The notes under the pieces: model-generated
Told to the model about the DNA's origin: nothing
The model's database searches: none
The model's input: only the letters and a program-made list of their open reading frames with translations
Source: Utricularia gibba
Lineage: Eukaryota > Plantae > Magnoliophyta
Length of the DNA: 64,000 nt
Direction: 5' to 3'
Assembly: GCA_002189035.1 (NCBI GenBank)
Contig: NEEC01000018.1
Coordinates: forward strand, 2,232,001-2,296,000
Translations under genes and position numbers: made by a program
Shown: in pieces, positions 13,451 to 25,173 of the stretch
Numbering within the stretch: the stretch's first letter is position 1
How the letters are laid out: every line of letters starts with the position of its first letter

Positions 13451-14427
13451 ATGACGATGATAACACGATCGAATTTAGCGGATCAGCTGAGGGAGTATCA
13501 GATTCGATCCAAGTATGATTGGGCCTCCGTTTCGTTTTTCGCCTCCACCTCCGGTTCCAACTCATCCTCTTCTAGGTATTGCCGTTTCCCATTTAAGATT
13601 TCATTCAATTGTTCAAAAGATTGTCATCATATTGTGCAAATGGTTGAAGATTGTTCCTATTGCGGCATGTTGGTGATTGGGTGTTCGAAGTTGGAATCTT
13701 TTGATTTGGGATTGTAGCATCACGCCCCTCTTCTTGTATGTTTTATTTATTGAAGAATGTGAGGGATCATTGACGTATTTTTCAAGGGTTGGTTAGGGAT
13801 TCATATTGGCTCATAATCTAACCGAGAACACCACTTGCTATGCGATCTACGGATTCAATTATGCTTCATAGTCTTAGGGAGCACAAACCAACTCCGTGGG
13901 TGGAGTTTGTCAACATCTGCACTAATGCAAAGTTCTAAACTTTGTATCAGATCTCTATTTTTTATATGACATCAATAATTGGGTGGCTTAATCTTTAGGC
14001 ATAGCACCTCTTCATATGTTCATGCATGATTCTCCTGGCTGATCGGCCATGTAGTACCCGTTTGTTTGTTCCGTGCCCTCTCCCTGCACATTTGATAATG
14101 CTTGCTTCTGATTTTTCAGTATCTGAGCTAACCGCCTATGGTGGTGAATTCCATGGATTCCTTCTTTTTTGTCTTCGTTTAGGGCCATGATCAGATAAAG
14201 ATGCTTCTTGTTCTGGCAGGGTTGATGTTGCCATTTTCGTCATATGGGAACTTGTCATCCTCGCGCTGGTCGTCTTCGCCGTAGTTTCGCTGTACATGAG
14301 GCATATGAGATTTGCCATGTTTTTGCTATGCTCTGCACTGACACTGCTCGTGTGCATGAAGCTCACGAAGCAGGTGAGACTCGCAAGGAAGAAGAAACGA
14401 AGGATGCTTCTTCCTCTCTCCATGTAG
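13451..14427 (+). CDS. Conserved small plant transmembrane protein (exons 13451-13575, 14220-14427)
   Basis: MITRSNLADQLREYQIRSKYDWASVSFF...R|VDVAIFVIWELVILALVVFAVVSLY...KQVRLARKKKRRMLLPLSM resembles a recalled uncharacterised family (At5g16520-like). The start could be 13451 or 13457. Confidence 0.85.
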
Positions 14428-15515
14428 ATCTCCAGCCCATTCATTCTTAGAACCATGAGAACAAACTTTTGGAAATCTGTACATTACATTATTTTGTGCT
14501 GCACGTTAGGAACTAGACTTGCAGCCCCAAAGAAATCACTAGCTCAGCCAGAAGTCTTATTCAGTTTACTTCGTTTTTTTTCTTCAATGAGAATCTAATT
14601 GGGTGGATTCATCCATCCAACTTTCATATCTATTCAGGAGAACCAATTTGATTCAATCTCAAAAATCACCAACTAAACAAATGGGCCAAATCATGTTATA
14701 AGTTGGGCGGGTCTTTTACAAAAATAGTCATCGTTCTCTTTTTTTTCATATTAAAAATATTTTTTATATACATATCTGAAATACAGTAATTGTTTTTGTA
14801 ATACACGTCGTACCCGAGCGAGCCGCATTTGACCTGGAGGGTTGTGCAGACAGCACCGTGAGATTTGTACACGCCCAGTTGCCCGCAGGTTGTTGTAGGT
14901 TCCGTCAACTATATCTTTTTTTGGCCTATCATTACGGGGAACTCTGTCACGCTTCTCAACTAAACAGAAAAGACCATGATTCATTTTCGTGTTCAGGAGG
15001 CAATTGCTCATCTCCCTTCAATCCTCTTCGTCAACTCCAATAAAAAAATCAAGCTCGACATTTCTAGGTTTTGTAGCGAAATTACTTATGTAGCATACTC
15101 AATTAAATCTCCTGTGTCAGCTCTAGTTTTGTTTTTCTTTGTCAACCATGGCTAAAACGTAGAAGGAACTCACATGTGTTCCAGAGATGGTGTTTTTTAA
15201 TCAAGTAATGAAACAGGAACAGAAAGGTAGAAACTGAACTTACCAAGCCCTTGTTCGTCCAATCACCTGAACCTACTACTTCTTGTAACTGCATCTGCAT
15301 GCCATGACGTGAAAGCAAGCCCTTCATTGCCCCCAGCCCTGCCCATCACCAGCACAGGGAAACCCGCCTCCGGCACTAGGAGATGGGCCATCGACTTGCT
15401 TGACGGCATCTTCCTTCCGATTTGGAACACAAAATGGCGTTGGCTTGTAGCACGAAAAGTGATGCATATAGTGAGGGTTTGGTTAAAGAAGCATTCCTTT
15501 TTTTTTCTTCTTGCT

Positions 15516-15523
15516 TATAAATA
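15516..15523 (+). promoter_or_regulatory. TATA box of the PLA1 gene
   Basis: TATAAATA ends 33 nt before the ATG at 15557. Confidence 0.6.
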
Positions 15524-15556
15524 CCGCGACAATGGCGGGCAACACAAGCATGAGCA

Positions 15557-16803
15557 ATGAGCACGGCAGCGTCTATAGCCAAACGATGGAAGCTTCTGAG
15601 TGGGGTGGGGAAGTGGGAAGGGCTGCTGGATCCTCTCGACGTCGACCTCCGCCGTTACATTATTCATTACGGCGAGAGAGCGCAGGCTACTTACGATGCT
15701 TTCAACAGAGAAAAGGTGTCGAGGTATGCGGGTAGCTGCCTCTACGCGAAAAGCAACTTGTTTTCCAGGGTGGGGCTGGAGAAGCACAATCCCTTCAAGT
15801 ACCGTGTGACCAAATACCTGTACGCCACCGCCTCAGCCATCCTCCCGGACTCGTTCCTGGTGAAACCGTTGGGGTCGGGAGAGGCTTGGAGCAAGGAATC
15901 GAACTGGATCGGGTACGTTGCGGTGGCTACTGATGAAGGGAGACGTGAGCTGGGAAGAAGAGATATATTGATCGCGTGGCGGGGAACCATTCGGGATCTG
16001 GAATGGGTTAAGGATCTGCAGTTTTTGCTGGTTCCTGCTCCGGAGATCTTTCGGGGGGACGACGGGCCGATGATTCATTACGGCTGGCGCTCCATTTATA
16101 CTTCGAATGACCCGGAATCAAACTTCAGCAAGACGAGCGTTAGGACACAGGTAACCTGAATCTGCAGAACATGGATAGTTAGAAGCCTGAATCAGTGATG
16201 AACTTTGAGTCTGTTTCAGGTTTTGGAAGAGGTGACGAACCTGCTGCAGGTGTACAAGGATGAAGAAACGAGCATAACCGTCACAGGTCACAGTCTTGGA
16301 GCTTCCCTGGCAACTTTGAACGCAGTTGACATTGTGACGAACGGGTACAATAACTCATCCCACGTCACGGCGTTCGCCTTCGCCAGCCCACGAGTGGGGA
16401 ACGAGAGGTTCGGGCAGCTTTTCTCGAGCCTGGAAAGCCTGCATCTGCTTCGCATCAGCAACAAGAGAGACATTGTTCCAACGTACCCGCTGCTATACAC
16501 TAATGTGGGGAAGAGATGATGGTGGACAGTGACAAATCAGTTTACCTGCAACGGCCAGGGACATTCCAGAGTTGGCATAATTTAGAGATTTACCTGCATC
16601 TGGTCGCCGGAACTCAAGGAAGGGGCAGCGGCGATTTCAAGCTGGAGGTTGATCGCGACATTGCTCTGGTTAACAAGAGGATTGAAGGCTTGAAGGAGGA
16701 GTATCGTGTTCCTGTTTCATGGTGGGTTGAGAAGAACAAGGGAATGGCACAGAAGGATGATGGATCATGGGAGTTGATGGATCACGAAGATGACAATCTC
16801 TAA
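15557..16803 (+). CDS. Phospholipase A1 class II (lipase 3 family); intron 16151-16219; apparent frameshift at 16507-16512
   Basis: [58 protein letters not shown] (GxSxG), DIVPTYP, then [16 protein letters not shown] in the shifted frame. Confidence 0.92.
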
Positions 16804-17071
16804 ACACTACATCAGATTGAAAAAAAAAGCTTACAGATCAAACTTCAACTAAACTCACAATTCCAGGATTTCTAATCACAGTGCACCATCGTTAATGCCT
16901 CACCCACAGACTACAACTTATCTAGGGTTTCGAATCTGAAACAAAGAGGAAGAGAAACACGCAACAACCCATTGAACTCGAATGCCGAAGTACCGATACA
17001 GAGAAAAAAGAAAGAGAAAACAACCACATTGCTATTCAATCTTCCGATCATGCGGTTGATTACCTCCATCG

Positions 17072-17305
17072 TCAGTTGATATCCTCGTCATCGAAGTCAT
17101 CTTGGAAGGAGTTGAAGAAATCGGAATCAGAAAGACGATTGAAGTCCATTACAGAGCCTTCACCAAAGAGATCTAGCGACGAGTCGACGTCGTCAACATC
17201 CATCGCCACCGTAACGCCGCCGCCGCTGTGCTCTTCCGCCTCCCCAAAGTAGTCCATCTCCGCAAACTTCGATCTCTCCATCTCCGCAAACTTCGATCTC
17301 TCCAT
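17072..17305 (-). CDS. SMAP1: Small acidic protein (SMAP), single exon
   Basis: VAMDVDDVD and the C-terminal Phe/Asp-rich DSDFFNSFQDDFDDEDIN, both SMAP hallmarks. In-frame ATGs at 17305, 17281 and 17257. Confidence 0.88.
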   Translation of the reverse strand: MERSKFAEMERSKFAEMDYFGEAEEHSGGGVTVAMDVDDVDSSLDLFGEGSVMDFNRLSDSDFFNSFQDDFDDEDIN

Positions 17306-17309
17306 CTCC
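17255..17309. repeat. 24-bp tandem repeat (2 perfect copies plus 7 bp) at the SMAP N-terminus
   Basis: catctccgcaaacttcgatctctc at 17255-17278 and 17279-17302; encodes MERSKFAE twice on the minus strand. Confidence 0.95.
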
Positions 17310-17475
17310 AGCACGATCCGATCTCCTCAGTGAAAGACCGTCTTCCCTCCAGAATAAAAGATGGGCTTTGTGTATTGGGCCTTACACCCATACCAGCCCT
17401 TCCTTTTATTTTCCAAATAAATCCGTTTTCATTTCAATTATTACTAAATTTGGTGGTAATAGAAAAATGGAAAAA

Positions 17476-20103
17476 TCATCTGGAAAAGAAGGCGGCTTTG
17501 TTGATGAAGCATGCTGCGGAAGGATCTTCGACGCAGCCACAGAAGCCATCTTCATCTTTAGGAAAGGAAGCCGGAAGAGCATGATCGGGAATTATTCCAA
17601 TCTGGACATCGACGGCGGCGCGTAAGAGATCGATCGTAGGTCCGAACCCGTTAATCGAACTGAATGTGTAGCAAAAAAACAGGGGAGAGCATTCTGCTAG
17701 CTGACCTTGTTGATGTCAGTGTGAGCCGGTGTTTCGTAGCGAGCAACCGTCACAACCAAACCCGAGCCATCGGAGAGTTGGAAAACCGATTGGATTTTTC
17801 TGAGAAGCAAGGCGGAGAATGCGTATCAGGAAGAATGTAGAATGCAAGTGCAAAGGGAAACACAAAGAGAGAGAGATAGGGAGGAGACCCTTTCCCATAT
17901 GTAGGTTCCCCGAACACTACAGCGCGCTTGTTGTCCTTGAGAGCACCAGCTAGAATTTCACTAGCACTTGCAGTTCCCTTATTCACCTACATGGAGTTCT
18001 TAAGAAAGGACTTCTTCTTTAGGAATGAAACAGGAGTACAGAGATGCAGAATACCAGGACAGCTAGAGGTTCTGAAGGTGCTGCAACATTGCTTCCATCA
18101 GTGTCGTATACGTCTCGAACGCCTTGGCTATCGCAGATGTACACGATGACACCCTTATCCATCCTAATTGCAACAGCATGAAGCAAGTAATGTATTCAGC
18201 AGAGGGTTGAGGTCATTTTACAACCAAGAGATGAACTCACCATATTTTGGCAATTTCAATGCCCTCTGGGAAAAGACCTCCACTACAACAAGTTTCATGG
18301 TTTGGAGGTCAGGCTAGAGGAAGTCAGTGTTACAGAGAACACAGATCAGGTTACCTGTTATCACGCAGGTCCAGTACAAAAGCTTCGACGTTTCGTTCCC
18401 TGAGCGTTTCAATGGCTTCTCTGACAGCACCTTCACAGAGGGGTGGCATCTTAGAACAAAAAAACCACTAGTGTTGACGGAAAGCAACCAAGCTTTTACC
18501 AGAGGCATTTTGATTGAATGATGCAAGTTTTATGTATCCAATCAAAGGAGGATTGTCCTTTGAGCTAGAAGATTTGCAGATTCGTGACTTCACTGGGTTC
18601 AATGCAACTCTCTCACGTCTGGATTACAATACAAGACATGATCAAGCACGTAAAGAACGATGTCTCGATTGGATTGGACATGTAGAAGACAACTGAGATG
18701 ATAAAAAGGGAGCACTTACATCAGGGGAGCTGCCTTATCTCTTCGCCATGCTTTACAACCATCTCCACCGCACTACCTTCAGGTCCTCTGTAAATGACAT
18801 CACAGTGTCAAGCTACTAGAATCTGTAACCTTAGGCGACTGGAAAACTGACACAAGTTTGATAAAGATGCTCACTGCAATAGTTCAGCTGCATCGTATAT
18901 TTCAATGCCTTGTGTATCTGTCCCATCAATTGTAAGAATTACATCCCCAGATGAAACTCCTGCCCTACTTGCAGGACCCCAGGAGCAGCAGAAACAACAA
19001 CCATTCCAGAAGATTTATCCTTCCCATTAACATAGCCAATGGAAATTCCAACTCCGGTGAGACTATTTCGGGTCCCTGACTGTCTTAGAGAATATATGAA
19101 ACGTTTCAGAAAACACATGAAGAAGTGCTTACCTAGCAATGAGCCAAAAAATGGAGGTGATCGAAACAAAAGGCCATTACCCTGAGACTCTTGAACTTTT
19201 GAGGCTCCAAGAACCGAGTAAAAGGGTCATCTAGAGTTGCAACCATCTTCTTTATGGCGGTATCTATGAAGGCAGTAGCGTGTAAGACAATGGACATTGA
19301 ACCTAGAGGCATTTTCATAAGAAAACAAAGAGCACTAGATGCTTACATGTCTCCTCTCTTGTGCTCATAGGTTCAGTGCGAAGGGCATTTTCTCTATATC
19401 TGAACCAACTCTGTCCATTGAAACTTTTATCGATATAAGCACGGTCTATGGTTCTCCAGGCCTCTAAAAAGAGTAGATTTTCTTCAGTTAGGGCCCCTGC
19501 GAAACACAGAGAATGTGGAGGATATCAGTAACAGAAGAATTTGTTAGTTTCATAACTAGCCTCGAAAACTTACAGGATGGAATTCTCGTGAGGGTGGCAC
19601 TAAATGCAGTGACCAGCATCACACCAACAAGAAAACGAAGAACAAGAGCAGGAACAAGAATTTCAGTTCTTTCAGCACTAGGCACTGCTTTTCGGAGGTT
19701 CAGGGCCAATCTTCTGATGCTGAAAACTGATTGGGACTTTGCGCCAAAGAAGTGATACTTGAACACAAATCGAGAATCAGATCGAACCAGTGACCGGAGG
19801 AAAAATTTGCAGTCTTTGCTCACATTCGCAGACCATTCTGATACAAGCTTGTTTACATCATGCTTTTTGAATGATGAACAGCATGCCCGAGTTCTATGAT
19901 TCTTCTTTGATGAATAATTCGAACTAATCACCTGCCCATGTTCAATAAGAAAACATCCCAACTTCAAGAAAACACGTAGCTTGAAAAAGAATGCTTTACC
20001 CCATCATCATTCTCAGAATCTGTACATGAAGATACACGAGAGCGATAAGAAGTACCTGTAGATGTAGAGAGTACGGCTTCGAGAAACTGGGGATGACATC
20101 CAT
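17476..20103 (-). CDS. CTPA2: D1 C-terminal processing peptidase, plastid (S41 family); apparent frameshifts at 18977-18980 and 18724-18727
   Basis: [114 protein letters not shown]. The start codon at 20103 is inferred. Confidence 0.93.
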
Positions 20104-20798
20104 TACGCAATTTGGCGCTCCCCCATCCAAAACCGCAGACAGACGCTAATTCTACTCTGTCACTCGAGAATTTGCGGCTGGGATTGATGAGCAATTGACC
20201 TGTCCCTTACCCTCAAGTTGCGGCGCATTTTTTAGCCGGTTCTGTCCACATTTCTTTCTGGGTTGATACTGAATAAAGATTTTACCTTTTTGTCGCTGTC
20301 AACTTGTACAGCCCAATCTTATTCGCTTCCGAAGAGACTGCTTCTGGGTGAAGTGGCATGAAGTTCATACTTGCTAAAAAGGTTAATCTTGACTGAAAGA
20401 GCCAGTTCGCAGCTTCGTGGACTTGGTAACTTTCCAACCTTAAACTACATCTCCATCCGGAGTTAGGTCTGGGAAAACCCAAGCATGATCTAAACAGAGC
20501 TACAAGCTTAATTGTTTTGTAAATATACAACATGATAACATCTACAGACGAACACCGGCCTGGTATAACCAGAGGCACCCGCAGACGCCTCACAATTACA
20601 CAGAAAGCGTTCAGATTTGCGCATTACACGAGCTTCCAGGGAATTCAAGGAAGCTACGTGGGGTAAAAATGGGCAAATGAAACACCTTGAGCTTCATTTG
20701 CGCCAGTGAGACAAAAGGATCATGCATACAAAGGCTATGTATACAATGATCAGGATGCAGCATCGATCACCCCAAAAACCGCAGCGCAGCCAAAATAC

Positions 20799-22742
20799 CT
20801 AGTTGCATATGGCAAGTTTTCCGGTCAGCTCATCAGCAACACCATAGTCAAGACAGAGTTCTCTCATGGGAGGAATGTTTTCCATGGCAAATAGCATTAA
20901 ACGCGGAAAAGATACATTGTTGTGGTCATACAATATAAACTGCACCAAGACGTTTGGAATTGAACTATGGCTGATGTAGCAAGCAACATTCCTCATTCTC
21001 GACACATCAATCGCAAAATCCAATGGAGGAACTGATGGATGGCTTGGAGAGACATAGTCGGAGAAAATCGGAGATATCTCACCCCATTCCTTCCATCTTT
21101 GAGCAAACCGACCAGGATGAATCAAACTATCTCCATTCATAGAAAAAACCAGTGCTTGCTCACGGGTAAGAGCTATTCCTGCGTATTCACAAAGAAACGA
21201 GCCTGCTGTAATCAAGTCCAACGACCTCACTCCCCAACTTGTTTCCCTTGATCTAAACACTTCGAAACGATGTCTAACTCCCCTTTGTGTCACACGATTC
21301 GGACAAGTAAGAGAGCAACGGCAATGAGGTCCACATTCGAAAATCAACGGTTTTCCCCTCACAAGAATTCCAGTCAGGTCATATGCAAATTCACCTCCGT
21401 TTTTAGTAGCACAATAGCAACTATCCAGACACATTCCTAGACATTCGCACCCTGTTCCACTCCCTCCATGATTAACAAAGGGAGGGAAAATGGTTGAAAC
21501 GAGATAATCATAGGAAATAGGATCATGGTCTTCATCGATATCATTGTAGAATAAAATAGGGAAATACTCCTTGCGCACAGACAAGTCAAGGGAAACATAA
21601 CCCTTTGGCCGAATTTCCAACTGTTGATACCTCAGACGCTCAGCAAACTTCAATATAACACTTCCCATTTCTTCTTGATTCTCAATCCTAACAAGCTTAA
21701 ACTTGAAAACTCCGAAGCCCGATTTACCAATATCGAACCAAGTATCGATTATCCTATATAAACCATCATAAACATAGACTTTAGCATTACCATATTTAAA
21801 ACCGCGAATCACCCTTATCTCAATCCCATAGCTCATACTCCTCTCCAATGCTAGATTCCCGGATTCCAGCTTCTGATGCATCACCTGTCTTCCTTTTGTG
21901 TCCTGTCCACCATGCCCAGTGTAAAGAATCACATCTCCTCCATCTTCATCATCTTCATAACCTCCTGAAACAATAACACTAGTGGCAATAGGCTCTCCGT
22001 TTGAGCTCTGGCTTGCTGGAACATAATCAATTCCGGCCTGTAAATGTCCATGCAATCCAACTACACATAATTCCATTCGACATAAAAACACGTCTCCAAC
22101 ATGAATTCCGGGAATATCTCCAACGATTCTCTTATCTCTATTCAACCACAACCCACAATTCCTCATCAAGGCAGCAGCTTTCAGATCGCCCCTGGTTTTA
22201 CGATGGTACATGCTATCATCCTTAATCTTTTCATCTTCCGCCAAGGAAAACAAACGCAGCGAGTCGAAAAGCATTCTTGTCTTCCGAATGGAATCCCGGA
22301 AGTCGCGTTGGTCATCGGGTTTGAGATCTGTTACTCTAACCAGCTCCGACGAGCGTGCTTGATACTTCTTGTAACCTCGACGCGGAAAGACAACGCCAGA
22401 AACGGACGCATACGAATTAGGAACCGGGACTACTGCACGCGAATCAGGGTCGAGGTCAGAAAACGCGGCAACGTCACCGCACATCTGAAGCCGCTCAGAG
22501 AAAGCGCTGCGGTAGAGCTCTGAAATGCGGTAGTAATCACAGTATAACTCAGCGTCTGGTGTAGCAAGACACTGGCTCAATTCGGGAAACGTGGGTTCAG
22601 CGAAATCGAAGCCAGGCGGCGGCGGAGGAGGAGGAACCTCATCCAAAGGTTCGACCTTAGGCTCAATCATCCGTCCTACCGCCGTGGGATGCTGCGGAAA
22701 CAGGTTATAGTCCTGAAACCTGGTCGGAGAACCCGAGCCCAT
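20799..22742 (-). CDS. SUVH9: SUVH2/SUVH9-like SRA-SET protein, intronless
   Basis: SRA domain (IATSVIVSGGYEDDEDGGDVILYTGHGGQ...VYVYDGLY), Cys-rich pre-SET, SET (RNVACYISHS), and no post-SET cysteines, as in the Pol V-recruiting SUVH2/9 clade. Confidence 0.95.
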   Translation of the reverse strand: MGSGSPTRFQDYNLFPQHPTAVGRMIEPKVEPLDEVPPPPPPPGFDFAEPTFPELSQCLATPDAELYCDYYRISELYRSAFSERLQMCGDVAAFSDLDPDSRAVVPVPNSYASVSGVVFPRRGYKKYQARSSELVRVTDLKPDDQRDFRDSIRKTRMLFDSLRLFSLAEDEKIKDDSMYHRKTRGDLKAAALMRNCGLWLNRDKRIVGDIPGIHVGDVFLCRMELCVVGLHGHLQAGIDYVPASQSSNGEPIATSVIVSGGYEDDEDGGDVILYTGHGGQDTKGRQVMHQKLESGNLALERSMSYGIEIRVIRGFKYGNAKVYVYDGLYRIIDTWFDIGKSGFGVFKFKLVRIENQEEMGSVILKFAERLRYQQLEIRPKGYVSLDLSVRKEYFPILFYNDIDEDHDPISYDYLVSTIFPPFVNHGGSGTGCECLGMCLDSCYCATKNGGEFAYDLTGILVRGKPLIFECGPHCRCSLTCPNRVTQRGVRHRFEVFRSRETSWGVRSLDLITAGSFLCEYAGIALTREQALVFSMNGDSLIHPGRFAQRWKEWGEISPIFSDYVSPSHPSVPPLDFAIDVSRMRNVACYISHSSIPNVLVQFILYDHNNVSFPRLMLFAMENIPPMRELCLDYGVADELTGKLAICN

Positions 22743-23016
22743 TTCCAAATACGATCGGTTCACCGTCGGAGCCCTCCTAAACAAGGAAACCGATCAACTA
22801 CCACGAACACAAGAAGCAACCGTTAGGACAAAAATCATAAATACAACTTGGGATTTCCGATTTGGGACAACGCTCCGTCGTGCGTTAAAAAAATCTAGCA
22901 CTCTTGCTAATTTAAGAAAAAAATCATAAATATAATGGGAAAAATAAAAACATATTACTAAAATTTACAAAAATTCCGTGATTTTTTATTTTTTTTAAAA
23001 TACCATTTCCAGCATA

Positions 23017-24078
23017 TTATCTATCTGCTTCACCGTCCGTACTGGATTCTTCATCATCGAAAACGTCATCTGGAGGATCATACAGAATCATATCTGGAAA
23101 CAGTTCCATGAAGTCATCCTTCACCTTCTCCCTCAACTCCGGATATGGAATCAGGCCCTTGAGGATGACGCGGTAGGATAGCGAGCGGGGCTCATCGGAG
23201 GAGCATCTCATCTCGTCGTAAACCATCATCGCCACCTTCGGCAAACCGCTGTCAAGGAAAGATCTGATCAGGTCCCCAAAAGTGTGCTGATCAAATACAA
23301 CCCCTCCTTCTTCAGATCATCCCAGACGCTGTTGATGGCATCAACCTTCTTGTTTCTCGCAAGCATCATTAGCATGTCTCTGTAGAAGAACATGTCAGGA
23401 CGATACCAAATTTCCTTCCTCGCAACGTTGTAAATCTGTCACAGAAAGGAGGAGAAAGGTTACCAAAGGCTGTTTCAAGTGAACTTGTTCTAATCTACAA
23501 CTGTAAGGGGGTTGTTTTGTGGGCTTCCAGATTTTGGGGTGAGGATGTGAAAACAGCATTTCCCTTAACAGTGTGTGCTTTAGAGCAAGTTCAATTTCTC
23601 AAATTTCATGCAAATTTTTGTACAAAAACCATTGAGAATCAGCCAGGAAAGCTAAAGCATTTATCTCCAGTCAGGAAGCAAAGTAATCTTCTTTGCAGTT
23701 GTGAGAGTAAAACAGCTTCAAGAACAGTAGTTATTGTAAGAAAAGGGGACAAATTGGCGCACGCACCTTCATCGAAAGTGAAACAAGGTTTTGCCGCTGA
23801 AGCTCAGTGAGGACAGCAACAAGATCAGACTTGAGAAGACGGGAAACATGATTCTTCATGAGGCGTTCATACTGCAGAGGTTGGTGTTCAAGACGCTTGA
23901 GCTCTTTCACAACCATTAGCCCTTCCTTCCCCATCTCCTTTTTCCGCCTCCATATTGATAGAGAGGGGCTCGAGGAGGATCCAATTCCGGATGGATGAGC
24001 GTATGATGTTTTCGAAAAAGGCCGTGTTTGTAGCAGAATCGAGGCCACCCGCAGCAAACCCACTGCTCGGCTCCTCAT
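23017..24078 (-). CDS. Small PPR protein, THA8-like (exons 24078-23767, 23435-23017); apparent frameshift at 23301-23304
   Basis: WRRKKEMGKEGL, VSRLLKSDLVAVLTELQRQ, KEIWYRPDMFFYRDMLMMLARNKKVD, DQHTFGDL, RVILKGLIPYPELREKVKDDF (At1g62350-like from recall). Confidence 0.9.
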
Positions 24079-24360
24079 ACCACTGAAACCGAAATCCCAG
24101 TGAGAGATTTCACTTCACAATCAACAATTCTGTTTGGGGCTTTTCCCAATTCTCAGAGATGTCTGCCGTTTCTGCAGCGAAACCGTCACCTTCACCGTCG
24201 AAGCCAGCCGCGCGCCGCGATCGATTTCCCTCACTTCCCATCGTACTGGTTGCCTTCCGCCTATTGAGCCTATTGTTGGGCGTCTCTGTAGCGGCCCGGT
24301 CCATCAGAATGGGCCCATTTGTTAAATTTATTTATTTATTATTATTTTTTTAGCGGTGCA

Positions 24361-24510
24361 GCACACTGCCATGTTAAATGCAGAAATATACTCCTGGCCT
24401 TCCAACTTCTGGAAACTTGCTCCTGCATTTCGACTGCACACTGCCATGTTAAATGCAGAAATATACTCCTGGCCTTCCAACTTCTGGAAACTTGCTCCTG
24501 CATTTCGACT
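24361..24510. repeat. Perfect 75-bp tandem duplication in the LEA promoter
   Basis: 24361-24435 is identical to 24436-24510, and it abuts TATAAATA at 24510-24517. Confidence 0.97.
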
Positions 24511-24591
24511 ATAAATACCACCCAAGCAATCCTTGTCTTCCACCCCACAATCAAAAAAGCAAGAAACAACAAAGCACTGTTGCCATCCAAA

Positions 24592-25173
24592 ATGTCGAGT
24601 GCTCAGCTACACGCAAGCGAAGAGAAGAACCATGTTCAGGTATGGTTGTTGTTCTGTCATGAGCTGGGCTTATGATGTTCTGAAGATCAGCCGGCCCGAT
24701 CGTACTGCTTAATGATTGGTTTTGTATAGGCCAAGACGGAGGAGCTGATGGATGCGGCTAGGGCCAATGCAGATGCCGCACGAGAAAAGAATGTCAATAA
24801 GTCCAGAGACGCAGCCCAGAATGTGCAGGAGAAGGCGATGAACACAGCGGAGAGCGTCCATGAGAAGGCTACGAATGCGGCTTCCGGTGCCCGGGAGAAG
24901 GCTGCAAATGCCGCGTCTGGTGCTCAGGAGAAGGCTGTAGGAGAAAATGAAAACAGGGGCAACAATGAATCTGCGGGTTTCCTCCAGCAGGTTACTTCCG
25001 GAATCGCGAGTCTTTTGGCTGCAAACATCTTGAACAACGATTTCTTATTTGTTGGTGTTTTGCTTTTTTGGCAGACCGGAGAGCAAGTGGCTAACATTGC
25101 TCAAGGTGCAGTGAACACCGTCAAGAGCACTCTTGGGATCGGTGACAACAACAGCAGCAACAATAGCAAGTGA
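24592..25173 (+). CDS. Late embryogenesis abundant protein, group 3-like (exons 24592-24639, 24730-24990, 25075-25173)
   Basis: Ala/Glu/Lys-rich 11-mer repeats (EKATNAASGAR EKAANAASGAQ) and the C-terminal AGFLQQ|TGEQVANIAQGAVNTVKSTLG motif. Confidence 0.85.

Noticed and set aside
12758-13717. 319-aa plus-strand ORF, one of the longest in the track
   Set aside because: It runs antisense through CTU1 exon 1, across the shared promoter and a poly-A run, and into exon 1 and the intron of the membrane protein gene. Only the MITRSNL segment is real.
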